From NCBI GenBank assembly GCA_951812335.1, contig OX638293.1:1160731-1224730 (forward strand): a DNA stretch of 64,000 nucleotides. Reading direction: 5' to 3'. This document shows positions 38,846-48,722 of this stretch, one piece after another. Origin of the DNA: Rhodothermales bacterium. Lineage in GTDB: Bacteria; Bacteroidota; Rhodothermia; Rhodothermales; VXPQ01. The translations under genes were made by a program, and so were the position numbers. Under the pieces are notes generated by a model, which worked only from the letters and a program-made list of their open reading frames with translations, was not told where the DNA came from and did no database searches. Position 1 is the first letter of the stretch. Each line of letters starts with the position of its first letter.

Positions 38846-39945
38846 AATACATCACGTCCGTGTTCTGCATCGTACTTGCGGCGCTCGTTTTCCCTGTTTC
38901 TTCGTACGGTCAGGAGCAGGCCCCGCTCCGACTCGCTATTGCCCGTCTTACGCACGGTCATGTGAACTGGATATTCAACCGTCCCGGCAAGTCCGATATC
39001 GATCTTGTCGGCATCTACGAGCCGAATGCCGCATTGCGGGAACGTTTCATCGAACGATACGACCTGTCTCCGGCTCTTTTCTTCGTGGATCTGGAAGATA
39101 TGCTCGACGAGGTGGCCCCGGAGGCTGTTGCGGCTTTCGGTTCCATTGCCGAGCATCTGGAGGTGGTAGAGGCGGCTGCCCCCCGAGGCATCCATGTAAT
39201 GGTTGAGAAGCCGCTGGCTTTTGCGATGGAGGATGCCCGGCGGATGCGCACATTGGCCGAGCAGCATGCCATCCGCCTCATCACCAACTACGAGACCACC
39301 TGGTATCCCTCCATGTACGCTGCACAGGAGGCGATTGCCGACAGCGCACTCGGCGCCATCCGGAAGATGGTAATTCGAGACGGGCATCGAGGCCCCGCGG
39401 AGATTGGCGTCAGCGACGAATTTCTGGAATGGCTCACCGATCCGGCGTATAACGGCGGCGGGGCGCTCATAGATTTCGGTTGTTACGGGGCGAACATTGC
39501 GACCTGGCTGATGGGCGGCGCAGCGCCCCAAACGGTGACTGCCGTAACGCAACAGATCAAACCGCATATCTATCCGCGTGTGGACGACGAAGCGACGATC
39601 CTGTTGACCTGGCCACATGCTCAAGCGATCATTCAGGCATCCTGGAATTGGCCATTCAGCCGCAAGGATATGCATGTCTACGGCCGAACGGGGTATCTTT
39701 TCGCCCCGCACGGCAAGGAGCTTCGCATCCGTCAGGCGGGCGACGCCGAGGAACAGGTGCGCCTTTTAGAACAGAGACCCGCTCCGCTCGACGATCCGTT
39801 CAGCTACCTGGCCGCCGTGGTGCGCGGTGAAGTACAGGTGGCCGACACAGACCTTTCTTCCCTGGAGAACAATGTAACCGTGGTGCGCATCCTCGATGCT
39901 GCCCGCGAGTCCGCACGTACGGGCCGAACGGTAGTGTTGGAGTAG
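38842..39945 (+). CDS. Gfo/Idh/MocA-family oxidoreductase with N-terminal signal peptide
   Basis: The ATG at 38842 overlaps the PhyH stop (ATGA). [24 protein letters not shown] is followed by the Rossmann-like [13 protein letters not shown].. and ..VMVEKPLA... Confidence 0.8.
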   Translation: MKYITSVFCIVLAALVFPVSSYGQEQAPLRLAIARLTHGHVNWIFNRPGKSDIDLVGIYEPNAALRERFIERYDLSPALFFVDLEDMLDEVAPEAVAAFGSIAEHLEVVEAAAPRGIHVMVEKPLAFAMEDARRMRTLAEQHAIRLITNYETTWYPSMYAAQEAIADSALGAIRKMVIRDGHRGPAEIGVSDEFLEWLTDPAYNGGGALIDFGCYGANIATWLMGGAAPQTVTAVTQQIKPHIYPRVDDEATILLTWPHAQAIIQASWNWPFSRKDMHVYGRTGYLFAPHGKELRIRQAGDAEEQVRLLEQRPAPLDDPFSYLAAVVRGEVQVADTDLSSLENNVTVVRILDAARESARTGRTVVLE

Positions 39946-40078
39946 GGGGAACGCTCCGGTTCGGCGATGACGAGGCGCTTATTCGGACGCGCAATGAGAG
40001 ATTCCGGGGAAAGGAGAGTAAGAAAATCCCTGGAACGGAGCGATAGAACGTTGAGGATTTTTTTCTGCCTAATATCCC

Positions 40079-40147
40079 TTTTTGAGTAAAAAATATTCCA
40101 AAAATGTATAAAAAATATACAAAAAAGGTATAGAAATTACTCAAAAA
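40079..40147. repeat. Nested inverted repeats inside a 17% G+C island
   Basis: TTTTTGAGTAA (40079-40089) and TTACTCAAAAA (40137-40147) form a perfect 11-bp inverted repeat. They enclose TGTATA-AAAAA-TATACA (40105-40121). Line 40081-40140 has 10 G+C out of 60. Confidence 0.8.
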
Positions 40148-40360
40148 AACAAAAATCGATCATTCTATCACCTTGGCCACAGGGTATTCCCTGCTGCCGA
40201 AATTCTGCGTACCTTCGATTAGCTATACCGCTGCCCAGCGGTGCGCACGTCTATCGTTTGCAGGCACAAGACAAGATCATGCTGGACATGACGACGCTCG
40301 TTAAGGGAATCGTCGCCTAACGTATCTTCTACCTGCCCGGCTTCATATTCGACCCCAAAC

Positions 40361-41572
40361 ATGCCTCTACATAACCCCATCCGTCCTTTCGTGTTGTGCT
40401 CCAGGTTGCCGATCTGCTTTCTTCTCCTGTCGTTTCTTGCCGCTTCTGCATGTGGACAAGATGAGATTGCGGAACCGGAACCTGTGCCGGAAGAGGGGCT
40501 GCGGCTTGAGGAACCGTTTCCGAACTTCCGCTTCACCCGCCCCGTGGATTTTCAGATACCGGGGGACGGTTCCGATCGGCTCTTCGTGGTCGAGCAGGCG
40601 GGGGTCATCAACGTTTTCGAAAACCGCTCCGATATTGGTTCGGCCGATACCTTTCTCGACATAACGGACCGGGTCCGCGACCAAGGCAACGAAGAGGGGT
40701 TGCTGGGCCTTGCATTTCACCCGGAATTTGCCACGAACGGATATTTCTTCGTGGATTACACAGCGTCGGATCCCCGACGGACCGTGGTGGCCCGTTACAG
40801 CGTGGATCCGAACGATCCCGATCGCGCGCTGCCGAGAAGCGAGACGGTTATTCTCGAGGTGGCCCAACCGTACGGCAATCATAATGCGGGACAGATCGTG
40901 TTCGGCCCCGATGGCTACCTGTACGTAACCCTCGGAGATGGCGGCAGCGGCGGAGATCCGCGAGACAATAGCGAGGACCCCACCACCTTGCTGGGGTCCA
41001 TTCTGCGTATCGATGTAGACGGGGGTTCGCCGTATGCCATTCCTCCGGACAATCCCTTTGTGGGCAACACGGAGGGGTATCGCGAGGAGATTTATGCGTA
41101 TGGACTGCGCAATCCCTGGCGGATCAGCTTCGACCCGCCGACCGGCCAATTGTGGGCTGCCGATGTCGGGCAGAATCTGTACGAGGAAGTGCACATCATC
41201 GAGGCGGGGGGGAATTACGGATGGGATGTGATGGAGGGACTGCACTGTTACGAACCGGATACGGGCTGCGACCCGGAGGGGCTGATACTTCCCGTATGGG
41301 AATACTCGCACGATCTCGGCATTTCGATCACGGGCGGCTTCGTATACCATGGAGATTTGGCGCCCTCGCTGGCGGGCCGGTATGTGTTCGCCGACTACGG
41401 GACGGGGCGCATCTGGGCACTTGCATGGGACGGCGCCGAGGCGCAGGTGGAAGAGATTATGAACACGAACCTTGCTATCTCGTCCTTTGGGGTCGATGCG
41501 CAGCAGGAGTTGTACGCATTGGCTTTCAACGGCAGGATATACCGGTTCACGGAGCAATCTCCCGATCCATAA
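40361..41572 (+). CDS. PQQ-dependent sugar (glucose/sorbosone) dehydrogenase, lipoprotein
   Basis: Lipobox LSFLAASAC. Contains ..GLLGLAFHP.F..NG.FFV.YT.., HN.G...FGPDGYLY...GDGG and ..YA.GLRNPWR.SFD.. Confidence 0.85.
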   Translation: MPLHNPIRPFVLCSRLPICFLLLSFLAASACGQDEIAEPEPVPEEGLRLEEPFPNFRFTRPVDFQIPGDGSDRLFVVEQAGVINVFENRSDIGSADTFLDITDRVRDQGNEEGLLGLAFHPEFATNGYFFVDYTASDPRRTVVARYSVDPNDPDRALPRSETVILEVAQPYGNHNAGQIVFGPDGYLYVTLGDGGSGGDPRDNSEDPTTLLGSILRIDVDGGSPYAIPPDNPFVGNTEGYREEIYAYGLRNPWRISFDPPTGQLWAADVGQNLYEEVHIIEAGGNYGWDVMEGLHCYEPDTGCDPEGLILPVWEYSHDLGISITGGFVYHGDLAPSLAGRYVFADYGTGRIWALAWDGAEAQVEEIMNTNLAISSFGVDAQQELYALAFNGRIYRFTEQSPDP

Positions 41573-41587
41573 GTTGCACCCGTACGC

Positions 41588-42676
41588 ATGTTGCCCGCCG
41601 AGCCGGGCGTGCGTATTATTGCAGAGCATGTATCCTTGAGGGCCAATGCCGTGATTTCCTATCGTTCTTTCTCTGTATCGCACACACTTCGTCGACTTGT
41701 TCTTCTCGCCCTGATTCCCATCGTTTGGGGCTGCGGATCGTCTTCTTCCGAGGGGTCGGGAGAAGACGGCGCGGCATCGTCTCTGGAGATTGCTGTCGTG
41801 CCCAAGGGCACCACCCATGAGTTCTGGAAGGCCATCCATGCCGGCGCAGAGAAAGCGGCTGCCGAATTCGGCGTGGAGGTAATTTGGCAAGGCCCTCAGA
41901 AAGAAGACGACCGCCAGTTGCAAATTCAGGTGGTCCAGAACCTGATCAGCCGGGGGGTGGACGCCATTGTGCTGGCGCCGCTCGATTCCCGAAGCATGGC
42001 GCGTCCGGTAGAAGCCGCCGTCGCACGAGGCATTCCGGTCGTCGTCATCGATTCCGGGCTGGAATCCGATGCGCAATCCAGTTTCATTGCTTCGAACAAC
42101 TATGAAGGGGGCAGGATCGGTGGGCAGTATCTTGCCGAATCGATCGGCGGGAAAGGCAAAGTTGTCCTGTTGCGTTATCAGGAAGGGTCCGCAAGCACCA
42201 CGAACCGGGAGCGCGGTTTCCTTGATGCGTTGAACGAGTATGCCCCGGACGCTGAGTTGCTTATCGATAACATGTATGCGGGCGCCACGATGGCCAAGGC
42301 GCTTCAGGTCTCCCAGAATATTCTCAACCGATTCCCGGAAATCGACGCCATCTTTACTCCTAACGAATCCGCCACGCAAGGCATGCTGCGCGCATTGGAA
42401 ACTTCGGGGCGCGCAGGCGACGTGATGCTGGTAGGGTTCGATGTCAACCAGATACTGCTGGACGCCATGCGGGACGGGACGTTGCACGGATTGGTGGTGC
42501 AGGACCCCGTGGGCATGGGGTACGAGGGCGTCAAGGCCGCGGTGGCCATTGTAGAGGGGGAAACCATCCCGGAGCGGATGGATACGCGCACGATTCTTGT
42601 GACCCCTTTCAACATAGACGACCCCGAGATTCAGGAGTTACTGCACCCCGACTTTGATCGCTGGCTCGACAACTAG
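41588..42676 (+). CDS. Sugar ABC transporter substrate-binding lipoprotein (ribose-binding-protein fold)
   Basis: Lipobox LIPIVWGCGSS, then IAVVPKG..H.FW..I..GA and ..DAI.LAP.D.. patterns of type-I periplasmic binding proteins. The exact start is uncertain. Confidence 0.8.
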   Translation: MLPAEPGVRIIAEHVSLRANAVISYRSFSVSHTLRRLVLLALIPIVWGCGSSSSEGSGEDGAASSLEIAVVPKGTTHEFWKAIHAGAEKAAAEFGVEVIWQGPQKEDDRQLQIQVVQNLISRGVDAIVLAPLDSRSMARPVEAAVARGIPVVVIDSGLESDAQSSFIASNNYEGGRIGGQYLAESIGGKGKVVLLRYQEGSASTTNRERGFLDALNEYAPDAELLIDNMYAGATMAKALQVSQNILNRFPEIDAIFTPNESATQGMLRALETSGRAGDVMLVGFDVNQILLDAMRDGTLHGLVVQDPVGMGYEGVKAAVAIVEGETIPERMDTRTILVTPFNIDDPEIQELLHPDFDRWLDN

Positions 42677-42690
42677 GGATGCTCTGATCC

Positions 42691-44193
42691 ATGTCGTCTC
42701 CCGTACTTCGCCTTGAGGGCATCCGCAAATCGTTCGGCCCTGTGCACGCGCTCCAGGGCGTGGACCTGAACGTGCGGGCAGGCGAAGTGCATGCGCTTGT
42801 AGGCGAGAACGGCGCCGGAAAAAGCACGCTCATGAAGATATTGAGCGGTGCATACCAACCCGATGCGGGGAGCATGACCTTGTACGGCGAGTCTTATGCG
42901 CCGGCAAATCCGCTGGACGGGCGCGCCGCCGGCATCAGCATGATTTACCAGGAACTCGTGCTGGCGCCGCACCTGACCGTCGAGGAGAATGTGACCCTCG
43001 GCGCCGAGCATGCCCTCTACGGGTGGGTCCGTCCCCGTACCCGTGAAGTAGAGCGGGTCCTGACAGATCTTGGCCAGCAGGGAATCGCGCCCAACGCAAG
43101 GGTAAGCGACCTGAGCATAGGCAAGAAGCAACTGGTCGAAATTGCCCGGGCGCTGCTCTTCGACGCCCGTATCGTGGTCATGGACGAGCCCACCAGTTCA
43201 TTGACTGCCGACGATACGAAAGCGCTGTTCGAGGCCATTGGCCGGATGAAAGAACAGGGACTTGCCGTCATTTATATCAGCCATTTCCTCGAAGAAGTGC
43301 AGGAGGTGTGCGATCGCTACACCGTGCTGCGCGACGGAAAGATGATTTCGACCGGACGGGTCGCCGACACATCCATCCCCCGCATCATAGAAGATATGGT
43401 GGGGCGCTCGGTGGACGAACTTTTTCCCTCCAGCAACCATGAGATCGGCGATCCGCTGCTGGATGTTTCCGATTTACAAGGGCGGAAGGGCCTTCCGGGC
43501 GGCGTCCGTTTTACGCTGCATCGCGGGGAAATCATGGGCATTTCCGGGTTAGTAGGCTCAGGGCGCTCCGAGACGGTGCGGACGCTTTTCGGGCTGGAGC
43601 CGGCCACCGGCGGCACGTTATCGATCAGGGGCCATGATGCGCTACGCGCCGCCTGGATGACGCCGCGGGCTGCGCTCAACCGGGGATTGGACCTTTTGAG
43701 CGAGGACCGGAAGGAAGAAGGCCTTGCGCTCAATTTGTCGCTGGTTTTCAATCTGACCTTATCCGACCTGCGCCGCTACAGCCGGGCCGGGTTTCTGCAA
43801 CTGGCCAGGGAACGTAGCGACGGAGCGCACTGGATTGATGTCCTGCGCATTCGCACCGGCTCCGTCGAGCAGCGGGCCGACGAACTTTCGGGCGGAAACC
43901 AGCAGAAAGTGTGTCTGGCGCGCCTCCTGCAGCAGGACAACGATATTCTTTTCCTGGACGAACCCACCCGGGGTATCGATATCGGCAGCAAGGCCGAGAT
44001 ATACAAGCTCGTCCACCGCCTTGCCGAGCAGGGCAAAGCCATCGTGACGATCAGTTCGTACCTGCCCGAACTGCTGGGCGTGTGCGACACGCTGGGGGTC
44101 ATGCACAAGGGGCGCCTTTCGACCGTGCGTCCTATCCGCGAATGGACCGAACACCGTATTATGCAATTCGCCACATCCGGATACGACGCATGA
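42691..44193 (+). CDS. Sugar ABC transporter ATP-binding protein (duplicated ABC domains, RbsA/MglA type)
   Basis: Two ABC cassettes: GENGAGKST with a degenerate signature (LSIGKKQ), then LSGGNQQK .. LDEPTRGID. 500 aa. Confidence 0.9.
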   Translation: MSSPVLRLEGIRKSFGPVHALQGVDLNVRAGEVHALVGENGAGKSTLMKILSGAYQPDAGSMTLYGESYAPANPLDGRAAGISMIYQELVLAPHLTVEENVTLGAEHALYGWVRPRTREVERVLTDLGQQGIAPNARVSDLSIGKKQLVEIARALLFDARIVVMDEPTSSLTADDTKALFEAIGRMKEQGLAVIYISHFLEEVQEVCDRYTVLRDGKMISTGRVADTSIPRIIEDMVGRSVDELFPSSNHEIGDPLLDVSDLQGRKGLPGGVRFTLHRGEIMGISGLVGSGRSETVRTLFGLEPATGGTLSIRGHDALRAAWMTPRAALNRGLDLLSEDRKEEGLALNLSLVFNLTLSDLRRYSRAGFLQLARERSDGAHWIDVLRIRTGSVEQRADELSGGNQQKVCLARLLQQDNDILFLDEPTRGIDIGSKAEIYKLVHRLAEQGKAIVTISSYLPELLGVCDTLGVMHKGRLSTVRPIREWTEHRIMQFATSGYDA

Positions 44194-45176
44194 CGAAGAA
44201 ACGGGATTACAAGGCCATGTTGTCGGAGCTCGGTCCTTTTATCGGGCTGATCTTCGTATTTGTGCTGTTCGCCGCCCTGACGCCGTCTGCCTTCACGTCA
44301 TTCTATAACATCAAGACGATCCTGACCCAGAGCGTCATCATCGGGATTGCGGCGTACGGCACCACATTCATTATCGTTTCGGAAGGCATCGATCTGAGCG
44401 TCGGTTCGCAGATTGCCCTGACGACGGTCATTGTGGCGGCGGTGCTCAACCTGCCGGCGAGCGATCCGGGGCTTTTCTATCCGTTGCTGGCGCTTGCCGC
44501 CGGCGTACTGGCTTGCACGGGAGTGGGCGCCTTCAACGGGTTCATCATTACGAAATTCCGCATCGTGCCCTTCATCGTGACGCTGGGATCGATGCAGATC
44601 GTGCGTGGCGTGGCCAAGTGGATCGGCAAGGAACAGACCGTTCCTACGCCGGACAACTGGCTGACGAATCTCATGCTGATCGACCCCTCTCCGTCGTGGC
44701 TCATCTTCGGGCCGGGGGTCTGGCTTACGCTTGTGCTGCTTATCGTTTCGGCGGTGCTATTGAAGTATACCGTGCTGGGGCGGTACACCTTCGCCATCGG
44801 GTCCAACGAGCAGACGGCCCGCCTCTGCGGCATCAAGGTGGACCGCATGAAGATCGTGATCTACGCGCTGGGCGGCCTGCTGACCGGTGTTGCCGGCGTC
44901 ATGCAGTACAGCTACCTCACGGTCGGGGACCCGACGACGGCGGTGGGCCTGGAACTGGACATCATTGCCGCCGTGGTCATCGGGGGCGGCTCCCTGAGCG
45001 GCGGGGAAGGCAGCGTGGTGGGGTCCATTGTCGGGGCGCTCATCATGGCCGTTCTGCGCAACGGGAGCAACATGCTGGGCTTGCCGAATTACGTACAGGA
45101 GATCATTATCGGCTCCATCATTGTCGGGGCCGTGCTGATCGACCAGCAGAAGCACCGGTTGCGGGCCGCGGGGTAG
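44190..45176 (+). CDS. Sugar ABC transporter permease (RbsC type)
   Basis: The ATG at 44190 overlaps the ATPase stop (ATGA). 328 aa, polytopic, with GIDLSVGS and ..GG.S..GG.GS..G.. motifs. Confidence 0.9.
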   Translation: MTKKRDYKAMLSELGPFIGLIFVFVLFAALTPSAFTSFYNIKTILTQSVIIGIAAYGTTFIIVSEGIDLSVGSQIALTTVIVAAVLNLPASDPGLFYPLLALAAGVLACTGVGAFNGFIITKFRIVPFIVTLGSMQIVRGVAKWIGKEQTVPTPDNWLTNLMLIDPSPSWLIFGPGVWLTLVLLIVSAVLLKYTVLGRYTFAIGSNEQTARLCGIKVDRMKIVIYALGGLLTGVAGVMQYSYLTVGDPTTAVGLELDIIAAVVIGGGSLSGGEGSVVGSIVGALIMAVLRNGSNMLGLPNYVQEIIIGSIIVGAVLIDQQKHRLRAAG

Positions 45177-45287
45177 GGTCTCCGGCGGGTGTGCGAAGCC
45201 GCTATGCATTCCGCACACTGTGGTCGAAGCGGAACAACAGCCAGGGGGATCGTTACCTTAATGGTCCCGGATTGCGAGCGCAAGCCC

Positions 45288-46031
45288 ATGCACGACGACT
45301 ATTTTCTTCGCTTTTACCTGATGTCTGCCTGCACCCTGTTGGCAGCGCTTACCATTCTGCTGTTTTTCGCAGCCCCGGCAACAGCTCAGGATGTGCCGGA
45401 AGAACAAGAAAAAAAACGCGCAGCGCAAGTGCGGGTCGGTGTTTACGTTTCCTGGTCAAGCGTCGCAGCCGCCAATGACGGGCCGGGGTGGGGGGAAAAC
45501 ATTACATCCCCTGAAGACGATGTGATGCCTTATCCTAACAGGTTTCTGAGTATAAGATACAATAACCTTCAGGCGACTGTTGGTTGGGGAGACGATAATT
45601 ATAGAAAGGAATATGGGCATAATGAACATAATGAAGATATAGCCAGATTTGCGGTACGTTACAATTTTTATCCGGCCGGAGAGGTTGCATACATATTTGG
45701 AGGGCCTGTTCTTTGGCGTTTTAACAAGGAATTTACCTTTACAAGATATGATTGTACCGATTATCTGCAACCTGGAGATCCAGAGTACAGCAGTGATCCA
45801 TACCTTCCATCATGCAAACCAGGGGCGGAAGTGCCGGTTCAACTTACTACGGATCGCCCTGACGGCAAATCAATAATGTTTGGAGGTAATGTCGGGCTTG
45901 GTGTAGAATATACATGGCGGCGCATTGTATTTTCTCATGAAATAGAATTTTACTTCTCGGGCTGTAAATATAAAGATTTTATATGCAGCGGAGGAGATTT
46001 TAAATTTCTGGGACTTCATTTCGAATTTTAG
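45288..46031 (+). CDS. Hypothetical secreted protein, possible small outer-membrane beta-barrel; compositionally atypical
   Basis: Signal-like ..LMSACTLLAALTILLFFAAPATAQ. Alternating aromatic/polar stretches, ending with a terminal Phe (..FLGLHFEF). The 3' two thirds are AT-rich, unlike the surroundings. Confidence 0.5.
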   Translation: MHDDYFLRFYLMSACTLLAALTILLFFAAPATAQDVPEEQEKKRAAQVRVGVYVSWSSVAAANDGPGWGENITSPEDDVMPYPNRFLSIRYNNLQATVGWGDDNYRKEYGHNEHNEDIARFAVRYNFYPAGEVAYIFGGPVLWRFNKEFTFTRYDCTDYLQPGDPEYSSDPYLPSCKPGAEVPVQLTTDRPDGKSIMFGGNVGLGVEYTWRRIVFSHEIEFYFSGCKYKDFICSGGDFKFLGLHFEF

Positions 46032-46067
46032 AAATACACCGGATAAATACTAAATCACTTTCCCCCC

Positions 46068-47597
46068 CTACACCAACACCTCCCCTGTCATTTCCTCGGG
46101 GATCGGTTCGCCGAGGATGGCGAGGATGGTGGGCGCCACGTCGCCGAGTTTGCCGTCGTGGATGGGTCCGTCAAATCCCTTGTGCACGATAAGATGTGGG
46201 ACAAGCACCGTCGTGTGCGCGGTATGCGGGCTGCCGTCCGGGTTCCGCATCCGGTCGGCATTTCCGTGATCGGCGATGACGCTTACCGAATAGCCGTGCG
46301 CGATCGCCGCTTCGATGACCACCCGCGCAGCAGCGTCCACCGCCTCGACCGCCTTGACCGCCGCTTCGAAATCCCCCGTATGGCCGACCATGTCCGGATT
46401 GGCGAAATTCAGGCACACGAAGTTGTACTTCTCTTCGGCAAGCGCCTCCGCGGCCCGGCGGGCTATTCCTGCTGCGCTCATTTCCGGTTGCAGATCATAG
46501 GTAGCCACCTTCGGAGAAGGCACCAGAATCCGGTCTTCCCCCTCGAAGGTTTCTTCGCGCCCTCCGCTGAAGAAATAGGTGACGTGCGCGTATTTCTCCG
46601 TTTCCGCAATGCGCAACTGCGTTCCTCCCTGCGCCGCAATGAATTCGCCAAGCGTACGGCGGAGATTCACCTTCGGAAAGGCGACCGGTAAGTCGAAGGT
46701 TTCGTCGTAGGGCGAGAACAGCGTGAAGCAGAGGTCCGAGAGCGGTTCCCGGTCGAAGCCCTCGAATTCCGGATCGGTGAAGGCGCGGGTCATTTGCCGC
46801 GCCCGGTCGCCCCGGAAATTGTAGAAAATAACAGCATCGCCGTGTTGCACGCGGGACGGCGGCCCGTCGTCCCGGATCAGCGAAGCTTCCACGAACTCGT
46901 CCGTGATTCCGTTTTTGTAGTTGGCTTGCAGGGCTGATGCAGGGTCGGGAAACGCCTCGCCTTCTCCATGCACAAGCAGGTCGTACGCCCGTTCGATCCG
47001 CTCCCAGCGCCGGTCGCGGTCCATCGCATAATAGCGCCCCATGATCGACGCGATCCGGCCCGCTCCTATTTCCCGCGCCTTCTCCTCGAAATCACGGGCG
47101 TACCCGAGGCCGCCGCGCGGGTCGGTGTCGCGACCGTCCGTAAAGGCATGGACGCACACCCGGTCTCCGGTCAACCCCTCTTGCGCGGCAAGGCGCAGCA
47201 AGGCGTACAGATGGTGCAGCGAGGAATGCACACCCCCGTCCGAAAACAGCCCCATAAGATGTAGTCGCGAACCCCTTTCGGTGGCATGGCGCGCGGCTGC
47301 AAGCAATGCCTCGTTGTCGAAAAACTCGCCGTCCTCGATCGCTTTGTCGATGCGTGTAATTTCCTGATAGACCACCCGGCCTGCTCCGAGATTCATGTGA
47401 CCCACCTCGGAATTTCCCATCTGCCCGTCAGGTAGACCGACCGGTCTACCTGATGCTTCGAGGCGGGCATGGGGCCATGCGGCGAAAAGCTCGTCAAGGA
47501 ACGGTTTCCGGGCCCGGTCGATGGCGCTCACCGAGGCGTCCTCGGCAATGCCGTACCCATCCAGAATAACCAGTATGTGGCGTTTCCTGTGGTCCAC
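46068..47597 (-). CDS. gpmI: 2,3-bisphosphoglycerate-independent phosphoglycerate mutase
   Basis: Contains ..ILDG.G......NA...A..P..D.L.. , GNSEVGH.N.GAGR and ..ADHGNA.. motifs. 509 aa. Confidence 0.95.
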   Translation of the reverse strand: MDHRKRHILVILDGYGIAEDASVSAIDRARKPFLDELFAAWPHARLEASGRPVGLPDGQMGNSEVGHMNLGAGRVVYQEITRIDKAIEDGEFFDNEALLAAARHATERGSRLHLMGLFSDGGVHSSLHHLYALLRLAAQEGLTGDRVCVHAFTDGRDTDPRGGLGYARDFEEKAREIGAGRIASIMGRYYAMDRDRRWERIERAYDLLVHGEGEAFPDPASALQANYKNGITDEFVEASLIRDDGPPSRVQHGDAVIFYNFRGDRARQMTRAFTDPEFEGFDREPLSDLCFTLFSPYDETFDLPVAFPKVNLRRTLGEFIAAQGGTQLRIAETEKYAHVTYFFSGGREETFEGEDRILVPSPKVATYDLQPEMSAAGIARRAAEALAEEKYNFVCLNFANPDMVGHTGDFEAAVKAVEAVDAAARVVIEAAIAHGYSVSVIADHGNADRMRNPDGSPHTAHTTVLVPHLIVHKGFDGPIHDGKLGDVAPTILAILGEPIPEEMTGEVLV

Positions 47598-47631
47598 TGT
47601 GTCGTATACCGTGTTGTTTATACTCTGTTGT

Positions 47632-48471
47632 TTATACCCTGTAATCCCTGACTTTCCGGGCCGTGGCCCCCGTCTTGCTGTAAAATACGTTCATGGAGCC
47701 GCAATGCGGGCAGCATATCTGCTCGGTCCCGTAGCGGTCCGTTTGCCGGTCGGGTTGGTCGAAGTAACGGCGCCGCGTCTTGCAATAGTATTTCCCGCGC
47801 GCGGGGTCCAGACCGTCCAGCGGTCCAGGAAGCCGGCTCGTCTCCTCGAAGTAACGGCACGCGTCCGGGATGGCGCACGCATCGCAGGACGGCGCGCGGG
47901 CCGTGCAGGTGTAACGGCCGTGGAGGATGAGCAGGTGATGGGCCTCGCCCCAGGCCGATTCGGGGATGATCTTCTTCAGGCCCTGCTCGACCTTCAGCGG
48001 CGTATCCGCGTTATGTACGAGCCCAATCCGGTTGGCCACCCGAAACACATGGGTATCGACAGGGAGCGCGGCCCGGTCGAACGCCACGGAAGCCACCACT
48101 TGCGCCGTTTTGCGGCCCACCCCTTGCAGGGTCATCAATTCGCTCACCGTATTCGGGATGCGCCCATCGTAGGCTTCCACCACGCGGCGGGCCATCGCCA
48201 CGAGATGCTTCGCCTTGTTGTTCGGAAACGAAATGGATTGGATCAGAGGAAACACTTCCTCGGGCTCGGTTTCGGCCATGCGGCGCACGTCCGGGAAGGT
48301 TTCGAACAGGGCGGGCGTTACCATATTAACGCGCGCATCCGTACACTGAGCCGAAAGGATGACAGCCACAATGAGTTCGTAAGGATTCTCGTGCGACAGT
48401 TCCGTTTCGGGCCGCGCAATGACCATGCGCAGTCCGGACAGGACACGATTGGCGCGTTCGGTGCGGTTCAT
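47632..48471 (-). CDS. nth: Endonuclease III with about 65-aa Cys-containing C-terminal extension
   Basis: HhH-GPD motif LQGVGRKTA and the 4Fe-4S motif C-x6-C-x2-C-x5-C (CTARAPSCDACAIPDAC). These are followed by an extra tail containing C-x23-CC-x2-C. Confidence 0.9.
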   Translation of the reverse strand: MNRTERANRVLSGLRMVIARPETELSHENPYELIVAVILSAQCTDARVNMVTPALFETFPDVRRMAETEPEEVFPLIQSISFPNNKAKHLVAMARRVVEAYDGRIPNTVSELMTLQGVGRKTAQVVASVAFDRAALPVDTHVFRVANRIGLVHNADTPLKVEQGLKKIIPESAWGEAHHLLILHGRYTCTARAPSCDACAIPDACRYFEETSRLPGPLDGLDPARGKYYCKTRRRYFDQPDRQTDRYGTEQICCPHCGSMNVFYSKTGATARKVRDYRV

Positions 48472-48513
48472 GAATCGGTTACAGAGACGTCATAAAAACA
48501 TCCGGGGGGGAAA

Positions 48514-48645
48514 GGATACTCTGATTAAGTTCACTTTGATCAGCGCTTCACGTTCGTGCGTAAGAATATTATAATTGCATCGTCATATTCCTTGCCAGCG
48601 CACCCCTTTCAGCCTCTGAACTTCGCGGACTTAATCAGAGTATCC
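48514..48645 (+). repeat. Structured TIR repeat family, internally deleted 132-bp copy
   Basis: GGATACTCTGATTAAG ... CTTAATCAGAGTATCC. It keeps the left module and only the 3' arm of the long hairpin. It lies in the divergent spacer between nth and the DUF4105 gene. Confidence 0.85.
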
Positions 48646-48722
48646 AAAACAACCTGCCCGCAAGATCGTATCGGCGTTCGCCGGGCGTATTTCCTTTCCA
48701 TGCGCGGAAACATACCTGTCCT

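Noticed and set aside
39800-40144. 114-aa minus-strand ORF spanning the AT-rich island
   Set aside because: Its 3' part overlaps the end of the Gfo/Idh/MocA gene antisense. Its 5' part is low-complexity sequence (FYTFFVYFLYIFGIFF) that only reflects the A/T run. There is no family resemblance.
40367-42487. 706-aa minus-strand ORF. Similar long ORFs lie at 14977-16350 (-), 21437-22381 (-), 22239-23369 (-), 49541-51910 (+), 56949-58298 (-) and 60588-61991 (-).
   Set aside because: Each lies antisense to, or out of frame with, genes that have clear family signatures (PQQ dehydrogenase/SBP, DPP-IV, pepA, pdxA, sppA, dnaJ, plsC/gatC). Their composition is Arg/Gly/Pro-rich. They are GC-driven artefacts.
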